A stretch of DNA of 31,986 nt, taken from positions 1 to 31,986 of the IMG/VR virus record IMGVR_UViG_3300033076_000815; one strand, written 5' to 3'. This DNA is from a virus. Its lineage: Duplodnaviria > Caudoviricetes. The stretch's first letter is position 1. Each line of letters starts with the position of its first letter. Shown in pieces: positions 24,902 to 31,986 of the stretch. A program made the translations under genes and the position numbers. The notes under the pieces are model-generated. The model ran no database searches. It was not told the origin of the DNA and saw only the letters and a list, made by a program, of their open reading frames with translations.

Positions 24902-26184
24902 CGCTCTCCACCTTCACCCCGGAGCAGCTCCGGGCCATCGACCAGGCGCTCGGCTGGGTGCCGGAGCGACACCAGATGGCCCCGCCCGGGGACTGGACCT
25001 ACTGGCTCTTCGTCGCCGGTCGAGGCGCCGGCAAGACCGACGCCGGAGCGCACTACGTCACCCAGCACGTCAACGGCCCCGCCTGCCTCGAGGGCCCCGT
25101 CCCGCACCGCGTCGCCATCGCCGCCCCGACCCTCGGCGACGCCCGGATGACGTGCGTCAAGGGCGACAGCGGCATCCTCGGCCACGATCCCGCCGCCCGG
25201 TTCGTCCTCATGGATGGCGAGGTCGTCTGGCAGAACGGCTCGACGGGCCGCATCTTCGGCTCCTACACGCCCGAGGACGTCGAGCGGTGGCGCGGTCCGC
25301 AGCACTGCCTCGTCTGGGCCGACGAGCTCGCCGCGTGGCGCTACCTCGATGAATGCTGGGACATGATGCGCCTCGGCCTCCGGCTCGGACCGAAGCCCCG
25401 CGTCGTCGTCACGACGACCGGCAAGCCGCGGAAGATGCTGAAGGCGCTCATGCGCCGCCCGGACGCGGTCGTCACCCGCGCCACGACCAACGACAACCCG
25501 CACCTCGTGGCCGACGTCCGCGCCGCCCTGTACGACCTGTACCGCGGCACCCGCCTCGAGCGCCAGGAGCTCGGCGGCGAGATCGTCGAGAACGTCGAGG
25601 GCGCCCTCTGGCAGCAGTCGATGATCGTCCGCGACGAGCCGCCCCGCCACGTCGTGAACGGCGAGGTCGTCCCGGCCACCCGCCGCATCGTCGTCGCGGT
25701 CGACCCAGCGGTCACGAACCGCGCGGACTCCGACGAGACCGGCATCATCGTCGCCGCCATCGGCACGGACGGGAACGCCTACGTCCTCGCCGACGAGAGC
25801 CTGCGAGGCTCACCGAACCAGTGGGCATCCGCCGTCGTCCGCGCCTATCATCGGTGGCAGGCCGACCGCGTCGTCGCGGAGGCGAACAACGGCGGCGACA
25901 TGGTCGCCCTCACCCTCGCCACCGTCGACTCGTCGGTCCCCGTGAAGCTCGTCCACGCGAGCCAGGGCAAGCGCACGCGAGCCGAGCCGGTCGTCGCGAA
26001 GTACGAGCAGGGGCGCGTCAAGCACCCGACCCCGCTTCCCGGACTGGAGGAACAGATGCTCTCCTGGGACCCCGCCCGCGATACCGACAGCCCCGACCGC
26101 GTCGACGCTCTCGTCTGGGCCATCACCGAGCTCATGCTCGCGAACCCGTGGGGCGGCTCGAAGTCGATGTCGGGCGTCGCGTGA
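24898..26184 (+). CDS. terL: Terminase large subunit
   Basis: Walker A AGRGAGKT, Walker B VWADE, VVTTT coupling motif, nuclease motifs VAVDPA...SDETG and SPDRVDALVWA. Confidence 0.97.
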   Translation: MTLSTFTPEQLRAIDQALGWVPERHQMAPPGDWTYWLFVAGRGAGKTDAGAHYVTQHVNGPACLEGPVPHRVAIAAPTLGDARMTCVKGDSGILGHDPAARFVLMDGEVVWQNGSTGRIFGSYTPEDVERWRGPQHCLVWADELAAWRYLDECWDMMRLGLRLGPKPRVVVTTTGKPRKMLKALMRRPDAVVTRATTNDNPHLVADVRAALYDLYRGTRLERQELGGEIVENVEGALWQQSMIVRDEPPRHVVNGEVVPATRRIVVAVDPAVTNRADSDETGIIVAAIGTDGNAYVLADESLRGSPNQWASAVVRAYHRWQADRVVAEANNGGDMVALTLATVDSSVPVKLVHASQGKRTRAEPVVAKYEQGRVKHPTPLPGLEEQMLSWDPARDTDSPDRVDALVWAITELMLANPWGGSKSMSGVA

Positions 26185-26333
26185 ACGACGCGGACAAGGC
26201 GTTCGTCGTGGGCGCGACCCTCATCGTCATCGGCCTCGGCGTCATCTGGTGGCCGCTCGCCCTCATCGCGGGCGGCTTGGTCTCGCTGGTATCCTCGATA
26301 GCGATGGCACGAGCGGACGACGGCAGGGAGTAG
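26181..26333 (+). CDS. Small two-TM membrane protein between terL and portal
   Basis: GTG 26181; FVVGATLIVIGLGVIWWPLALIAGGLVSLV. Similar genes are common at this position in HK97-type head modules. Confidence 0.75.
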   Translation: MNDADKAFVVGATLIVIGLGVIWWPLALIAGGLVSLVSSIAMARADDGRE

Positions 26334-29090
26334 ATGGGCATCGTCGCGAACCTTCTACCGTCGCGCGCGCGGAAGGCCGAGACCGGCATCGGCGCGGTGA
26401 TGATGCGGACGAACCCGCCCCTCTCCATCTTCTCCAAGACCCCGCAGTCGATGATGCGCGACGCGCAGGCGGTCGCCCTCTCCGACATCACGATCCGCGC
26501 CGCCGAGCGCGTCATCGCCAACCGCTTCTCCTCGACGGACTGGCACCTCGAGGACGAGAACGACGTCGAGGTCGGCGACGGCGAAGGCAAGAACAACAAC
26601 CCCGCCTACCTCGCGGTGAAGAGCCTCCTCGAGAAGCCCTACCGCCCCGCGCCCGGCGACCCGCAGAGCACGACCCCGCGGACGTGGGCGAGCCTCTCGA
26701 ACGTCACCTGCCGCCACATGGGCATCTGCGGCTCCGCCTTCTGGTACCTCGACCAGGCCGAGGCGCTGGCCGGCACGCCGCTGCAGATCCTCTACATCAA
26801 CCCGGCGCGCATGACACCCGTCCTCGACAAGGACGGGGCCATCACCGACTGGGTCCTCGACCACGACAACCGCGGCGGCGGCATGCCGCTCGGCCTCGCG
26901 AACGTCATCCACTTCCAGCTCGAGCCCCCCGATGAGGGCGTGTTCCCGGCGGGCCTCGTCGAGACGGCGCTCTCGAAGGTCGAGATGACCAAGCTCTCCG
27001 ACCGCCACGTCACGATGACGCTCGCGGCGGGCGGTCGCCTGTCGGGCATCATGAGCCCGAAGGAAGGCTTCCTCGAGGACCAGGTCTACTCGCAGCTCGT
27101 CCGAGACATCCGCACGATCTCCGAGGCCCCGGACGCCGCGAAGCGCATGCTCATCCTCCGCGGCCCCGTCGAGTACAAGGAAGCCGCGGCCTCCCTGTCC
27201 GACCTCGACCTCGCCGCGCTGAACACCCTCACCCGCGACGACAAGCTCGCCCTCTGGGGCGTCCCGCATTCGTCCCTCGGCATCCCGACCGCGGGCGGCC
27301 TCGGCGGCGGCACGAGCAAGGACGCGGACGAGGCCATCCTCTGGCAGAACGCGGTCAACCCGCGCCTCCGCGTCTTCGCCGAGACGGTGCAGTACCTCCT
27401 CCTCGATCGCTTCGCCACCCTCGGCGTCAACGTCGAGATCGAGTTCGAGACGCCCGAGTTCGACGACGAGATGCCGATGTTCGACATGGCCACGAAGGCC
27501 GCGAACCTCCCGCTCACGAACCGCGAGCGCCGCGACCTCATCGGCCTCGACCCGTTCGGCGACGAGCGCGACGAGGAGGTCTGGCTCCCCGCCGGTCTCG
27601 CGCCCGCCTACTCCATCGCCGCCGCTACCCTCCCGCCCGGCACCCGCACCCTCGCGACCGAAGTCGAGGACCCATTCGACGACGACGTGAGCCTGTATGG
27701 CAAGGCCGTGGACGTCCCCGCCTACGTCCAGTCCGCCGCCCGCCGTGGCCTCCGCTACTACGAGCAGGGCCGCGGAGGCGAGGGCCTAATCCCCGCGACC
27801 ATCGCCGCCGCCCGCGAGATGGCAGCCGGGTCCGTGAGCGAGGCGAAGGTCCGCCGCATCGGTCCGTGGATCGCCCGCCACATCGTCGACCTCGACGCAC
27901 CGCAGAACTCCGACCCGGAGCACCCGGACTATCCCGGCCCCGGCGCGGTCGCGATGCTCCTGTGGGGTGCCGGCACGACGCCCGCACAGGCCAGGCGCAC
28001 GCAGCAGTGGGCCGAGGCCGCAGCCGCCGCCATCGAGCCGGAGAAGGCCAAGGTCCCCGGCACCCGGCGCATCCGGCAGGACGTCGTCGACGCGATGAAG
28101 CGCGACCTCGCAGACGTCATCGCGGGCCTCATGGCCGAGACCGCGCGCAAGGTCGAGAAGAACTACGACCACATCGTCACCCGCCCGGACGATGCGTCCG
28201 CCTACTGGTCCGACGAGCGGGCCGAGAAGCGCCTCATCGCCGCGATGACGCCGCACATCCGCGAGCTCGTCCGCGACACCGTCGACGTGACGCAGACGCG
28301 CTTCGCGAAGGCGGGCATCCTCGACATCATCCTCCCCCGCCTCGTCGCCCTCGCCGGTCGGCAGATCAAGACCGTCCCCGCGACCCTCCTGAAGTCGGTC
28401 CGCACCGCCATCGCCGACGGCATCCGCGACGGCCTCTCCCCGCGCGACCTCGGGAAGCTCATCGAGGAGCGCATCGGGAACAACGAGTACTACGCCGAGC
28501 GCATCGCCCGCACGGAGTCCATGCGCATCCTCAACCAGGCGCAGATGGAGTCCTACCGCGAGTCCGGCATCACGCAGGTGATCGCGGTCGACGGCGACGA
28601 CGACGACGAGTGCGCCGCCCGCAACGGCCGCATGTACACCCTCGCCGAAGCCGAGGCCGAGAACCTCCGCGAGCACCCGAACGGGACCCTCTCCTGGGAC
28701 CCCGTCACCGACTTCCGCCTCCTCGACCCCGGCACCGGCCAGGTGATGGGACCGGCGAAGGCACAGGAGGAGCAGCCGATGGGCCTGAAGGCCACGATGG
28801 AGAGCATCGCGATCCACCTCGCCCCGGTCATCAACGTCGAGATGCCAGAGCAGAAGGCGCACGTCGTCAACGTGAGCGTCCCCGAGGCGCCGGCACCGAT
28901 CATCAACGTCACCCCGCAGGCCGCCATCGTGAACGTCGAGCAGCCCGACGTCATCGTCAACGTGCCCGAGCAGAAGGCGGGCCTCGTGCAGGACATCCGC
29001 ATCATCGACATGCCGGACCGCCGCCTCTCGCAGGTCGTCGTCCGTGACGGGCAGGGCCGCATCGTCGGCACCGAGAGCGCCACCGACTGA
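26334..29090 (+). CDS. Portal protein fused to an extra domain, a MuF/SPP1 gp7-like minor head domain and a repetitive C-terminal tail
   Basis: HK97-like portal motifs in the first ~420 aa (GSAFWY, LYINPARM, VIHF, LWGVP, LTNRERRDLIGLDP); AERIARTE...C...NG...HPNG MuF motifs; (V/I)NV repeats at the end. Confidence 0.9.
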   Translation: MGIVANLLPSRARKAETGIGAVMMRTNPPLSIFSKTPQSMMRDAQAVALSDITIRAAERVIANRFSSTDWHLEDENDVEVGDGEGKNNNPAYLAVKSLLEKPYRPAPGDPQSTTPRTWASLSNVTCRHMGICGSAFWYLDQAEALAGTPLQILYINPARMTPVLDKDGAITDWVLDHDNRGGGMPLGLANVIHFQLEPPDEGVFPAGLVETALSKVEMTKLSDRHVTMTLAAGGRLSGIMSPKEGFLEDQVYSQLVRDIRTISEAPDAAKRMLILRGPVEYKEAAASLSDLDLAALNTLTRDDKLALWGVPHSSLGIPTAGGLGGGTSKDADEAILWQNAVNPRLRVFAETVQYLLLDRFATLGVNVEIEFETPEFDDEMPMFDMATKAANLPLTNRERRDLIGLDPFGDERDEEVWLPAGLAPAYSIAAATLPPGTRTLATEVEDPFDDDVSLYGKAVDVPAYVQSAARRGLRYYEQGRGGEGLIPATIAAAREMAAGSVSEAKVRRIGPWIARHIVDLDAPQNSDPEHPDYPGPGAVAMLLWGAGTTPAQARRTQQWAEAAAAAIEPEKAKVPGTRRIRQDVVDAMKRDLADVIAGLMAETARKVEKNYDHIVTRPDDASAYWSDERAEKRLIAAMTPHIRELVRDTVDVTQTRFAKAGILDIILPRLVALAGRQIKTVPATLLKSVRTAIADGIRDGLSPRDLGKLIEERIGNNEYYAERIARTESMRILNQAQMESYRESGITQVIAVDGDDDDECAARNGRMYTLAEAEAENLREHPNGTLSWDPVTDFRLLDPGTGQVMGPAKAQEEQPMGLKATMESIAIHLAPVINVEMPEQKAHVVNVSVPEAPAPIINVTPQAAIVNVEQPDVIVNVPEQKAGLVQDIRIIDMPDRRLSQVVVRDGQGRIVGTESATD

Positions 29091-30058
29091 TGGCCGACAA
29101 CGTCCAGTTCCAGTCAACGCAGCTCGCCACCCCGGCGAGCGGCACGACCGTCTCGACTGACGAGGCAGCGAGCGGGCACATCCAGCGCGTCAAGCTCGCC
29201 TACAGCGCCGACGGCGTCGACACGCACGTTCAGGCCGACTCCGCCGGTCTGCTCGTCAACCTCGACGTCCACAAGGACACCATCGGCGACGTGATGTCCG
29301 CGACGGACCAGGCCATCGCGGTGAAGTCCGCGATCTTCGGCTACACGACTTCCGGTGGCGGCTCGTTCGAGCCCGTGAAGGTGACGCCCTCCGGCGCGCT
29401 TACCGTCGAGGCGACCATCACCGACGGAAGCGGCCCGGTGACCGTCGACGGCACGGTCGCCGCGACGCAGTCGGGGACGTGGAACCTCAACAACATCACC
29501 GGGACCGTGGCCCTCCCGACGGGAGCGGCGACCGAGTTCAGCCTCGGCCTGCTCGGCTCGAACTTCGCCGCGGTGAAGTCCGGCTCGAACATCCTCACAC
29601 AGTCCACGATCTCGCTGAACCAGACGCGCATCACGGTGCAGCCCGTCGTCTCGACCACGCCCGCCTACCAGGCGAAGGACGCAGTCGGCGGGAAGCTCAC
29701 CTTCGCGAACGCCGCGCGCACCTCGGGCGGCAGCATCACCATCCAGACGGCCGTGATCGTCGACCGCTCGCAGCAGATGCCGGTCCTCGAGCTCGTCCTG
29801 TTCGACCGCGACTTCACCGCGACCAACGACAACGCGCTCTTCGACCCGACGGACGCTGATCTCGCCTACTGCGTCGGTGTCATCAAGATCTCGGACTACT
29901 CGGACTTCAACGACAACGCCGTCGCGGTCCGCACCGGCATCGGCCTGACCGCGAAGCTCGAGGGCACCGACCTCTACGGCCAGCTCGTCACGCGCTCCGC
30001 GCCGACCTTCGTCGCCACCACGGACATCGTCGTCGCGCTGACCATCGTCAGGGACTAG
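29090..30058 (+). CDS. Putative virion structural protein (head fibre/decoration-like)
   Basis: 322 aa, Thr/Ser/Ala/Val-rich with VTVDGTVAATQSGTWN and LPTGAAT fibre-like motifs; within the head module. Confidence 0.6.
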   Translation: MADNVQFQSTQLATPASGTTVSTDEAASGHIQRVKLAYSADGVDTHVQADSAGLLVNLDVHKDTIGDVMSATDQAIAVKSAIFGYTTSGGGSFEPVKVTPSGALTVEATITDGSGPVTVDGTVAATQSGTWNLNNITGTVALPTGAATEFSLGLLGSNFAAVKSGSNILTQSTISLNQTRITVQPVVSTTPAYQAKDAVGGKLTFANAARTSGGSITIQTAVIVDRSQQMPVLELVLFDRDFTATNDNALFDPTDADLAYCVGVIKISDYSDFNDNAVAVRTGIGLTAKLEGTDLYGQLVTRSAPTFVATTDIVVALTIVRD

Positions 30059-30061
30059 CCG

Positions 30062-30769
30062 ATGCAGTCCCTGCATCCCGCGTTCACGAGCCCGAGGTAT
30101 GAGTCTGCCGTCGTCTCCCTGAAGCCTGTCCGGTACTTCCGCTTGAACGAGAGCAACGGGACGCGGTTCGCAGATCGCATGGCCGTCGCAGACGCACGAC
30201 TTGTTGGGAGCGCGGCGCAGGTCGCCGCCACGCAACTAGGTGCAGCCGGAGCACCTGGAGTTCCCGACAGTTTTGGTCTGCGAACGACAAGCGGAAGTAG
30301 CGCGTGGGCGTTGGCTGGGACTAGCGCGATGCCGACCACCGCATACACGCTCGCCTGCTGGACGTTCATCCGCTCGCAGGTGAGCCCCGACACCGGCATC
30401 TTCGGCAAGTGGTCGAACGGCGTCGGAGGATTGCTATACAAGCCGAACAGCACGAAGATCTCGTTCATTCATCGCGGGACGAACATCAACAGCACGAGCA
30501 ACCCTGCGCTCAACCGATGGCACTTCGTCGTCGGGACATGGAGCGGAACGCAGACGCGCCTCTACATCAACGGCGTTCTCGATGGTGGCCCGAGCAATAA
30601 CTCAACCGCGCCCGGAGACGTTGGCGAGTGGAGCATCTGCACCTATAACGTCGTCGGCTTCTATGACTCTCGCCGACTCTCGGGAACGGTGAGCGAGGCC
30701 GCCTATTGGGACCGGGAACTCTCGCCCGCGGAGATCAACTACCTCGCCGCCCTCGGCTTCGGGAGATGA
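30062..30769 (+). CDS. LamG/concanavalin A-like lectin domain protein
   Basis: PVRYFRLNESNGT, YTLACW, WHFVVGTWSGTQTRLYINGVL, GTVSEAAYWDRELSPAEI; atypical codon usage. Confidence 0.85.
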   Translation: MQSLHPAFTSPRYESAVVSLKPVRYFRLNESNGTRFADRMAVADARLVGSAAQVAATQLGAAGAPGVPDSFGLRTTSGSSAWALAGTSAMPTTAYTLACWTFIRSQVSPDTGIFGKWSNGVGGLLYKPNSTKISFIHRGTNINSTSNPALNRWHFVVGTWSGTQTRLYINGVLDGGPSNNSTAPGDVGEWSICTYNVVGFYDSRRLSGTVSEAAYWDRELSPAEINYLAALGFGR

Positions 30770-31065
30770 ACATGCGCTATCTGTTGGCCCGCCTCAAGCC
30801 GCGGAGCCTCGTCCTCTCCATCCACCTCGACGAGTCGAAGGTGCTGCCCGACGGCGAGCCCGACCCGACGTGGCTCCTCGCCCGCGAATGGGACAGCCCG
30901 AAGCGGCTGCCCGGTGAGACGAGCGCCAACTACCAGAAGCGCATCGGTCCGTGGATCGATGGCACCCGCGCAGACTTCGAGGTCGAGGCCGCACGCGCTC
31001 GTGACGAGCTCGCGGACGCGACCGCCGAGGGCGTCATCCTTCCGCAGGAAGGCCAGCCCGTCTGA
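30766..31065 (+). CDS. Hypothetical protein (~99 aa)
   Basis: ATGA overlap at 30766; TGATG-coupled to the next gene. Confidence 0.7.
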   Translation: MNMRYLLARLKPRSLVLSIHLDESKVLPDGEPDPTWLLAREWDSPKRLPGETSANYQKRIGPWIDGTRADFEVEAARARDELADATAEGVILPQEGQPV

Positions 31066-31247
31066 TGCTCCTCCTCTTCCTCGTCGGCGCGACTGCCGGC
31101 ACGGCCCCGCCCGCAGGCTCCCCGCGCAAGCCCGCGCGCCCGGTGCAGCCGGTGGTCGTGGACGAGGCCCGTAGACTGGAAGAGGAAAACGAAGAGGCCA
31201 TCCTGCTGCTGCTCATGGCGCAGGCCGACCTCGAGGAGTGGAACTAG
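31065..31247 (+). CDS. Small hypothetical protein (60 aa)
   Basis: Coupled on both sides; ends EEENEEAILLLLMAQADLEEWN. Confidence 0.6.
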   Translation: MLLLFLVGATAGTAPPAGSPRKPARPVQPVVVDEARRLEEENEEAILLLLMAQADLEEWN

Positions 31248-31986
31248 TGCCCTGGCACATCGAAGAGAGCGCGTCCTGCCCGGCCTCCCGCCCGTACGCT
31301 GTCATCAAGGACGGCACGGATGAGGTCGAGGGCTGCCATCCCTCCGAGGCCGCGGCAGAGCGGCAGCTCACGGCCCTCAACATCGCGGAGTTCGGCAGCA
31401 TGAAGGCAGTCAAGGCGACGATCCTCGATGACGATGCGTTCCGGCTCCTCGCCATTCCCTTCGGAGGACCCATCCCCTCGCCGCATTCCCCGCGGGGAGT
31501 CGACCTCGACGGCGAGTTCTTCTCCGAGCGGACCGAGATCCGCCCCGCGTGGCTCAAGGCTCGGGCTGTGGACTGGCATCATGGGGCCGACTCCACGCTG
31601 GGCCGCGAGGTCATCGGGAAGGCCGTCGACCCCGAGATGGACGAGGACGGCTGGTGGGTGACGGTGTGGCTCGACCACGGCTCGAAGCGCCTCAACCTCA
31701 TCAAGAGGCTCGCCGAGCGCGGAGCGCAGCTCTTCGGATCGTCGGAGTCGGTCGCGGGCCTCGTTAAGAAGGCGGCGACCGGCGAGATCATGGAGTGGCC
31801 CTACTGGCGGCAGACGCTCTCCACGAGCCCGCAGAACACCCACAGCATCATCCGCCCCATCAAGGCCGTCCTCGCGGACGTCGACCTTGCCAACACCACG
31901 CCCGCCTTCTGGTACGACCTCGCACCGCACCTCCAGGACCTCGCCGCGGACCTGCGCTCCTCCTCGCCTCTGGCGGGCAAGGGCGC
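31247..31986 (+). CDS. Prohead (capsid maturation) protease, runs off the window end; absent from the ORF track
   Basis: Manual translation from GTG 31247 is open to the end: MPWHIEESASC...AIPFGG...VDLDGEFFS...VDWHHG...IGKA...DEDGWWV...LFGSSES...WP...TLSTSPQN, resembling HK97-type proteases; upstream of the capsid gene on a circle. Confidence 0.8.
   Translation, partial: MPWHIEESASCPASRPYAVIKDGTDEVEGCHPSEAAAERQLTALNIAEFGSMKAVKATILDDDAFRLLAIPFGGPIPSPHSPRGVDLDGEFFSERTEIRPAWLKARAVDWHHGADSTLGREVIGKAVDPEMDEDGWWVTVWLDHGSKRLNLIKRLAERGAQLFGSSESVAGLVKKAATGEIMEWPYWRQTLSTSPQNTHSIIRPIKAVLADVDLANTTPAFWYDLAPHLQDLAADLRSSSPLAGKG

Noticed and set aside
4068-29047. Long Arg/Pro- or Ser/Thr-rich alternative-frame plus-strand ORFs (e.g. 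4068..5600, 9670..11139, 12089..13381, 27866..29047)
   Set aside because: Off-frame products of GC-rich codon bias with non-protein-like composition.
89-31930. Many long minus-strand ORFs (e.g. 89..1507, 4135..5688, 21727..22944, 27786..29117)
   Set aside because: They are antisense shadows of high-GC3 plus-strand genes, with no motifs or RBS and complete overlap with well-supported genes.

Overview
The window reads as an essentially complete, circular ~32-kb genome of a high-GC (roughly 70% by eye) tailed dsDNA phage with siphovirus-like gene content. All credible genes are on the + strand, mostly coupled by overlapping stop/start codons, and the prohead protease ORF starting at 31247 continues in frame across the end of the window to a stop at 83-85. 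Gene order: HK97-type major capsid; FkbM methyltransferase plus three GT-B glycosyltransferases; a two-gene moron; neck and tail genes (with a -1 frameshifted chaperone and a tape measure); early recombination and regulation genes (HTH, Cas4-like exonuclease, Rad52/Sak-like annealase, two paralogous XRE-zinc-finger proteins); replication initiator with internal repeats; a run of nucleases; lysis genes; terminase; a 918-aa portal-X-MuF fusion; putative head accessory and LamG genes; prohead protease. I recognised no integrase, DNA polymerase, helicase, tRNA or CRISPR array. The most notable unexplained signals are: (i) three hairpins with complementary 7-nt loops upstream of the replication operon, one covering a ribosome-binding site; (ii) a capsid-adjacent glycosylation/methylation cassette; (iii) Lys-Ala sites concentrated in the capsid scaffold domain and at domain borders of the portal fusion, suggesting polyprotein processing; (iv) a GIY-YIG gene flanked by an exact 20-bp direct repeat of a gene junction; (v) a family of related promoters with a palindrome over the -10 box. 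All protein calls come from motif recognition and synteny, not from database searches.
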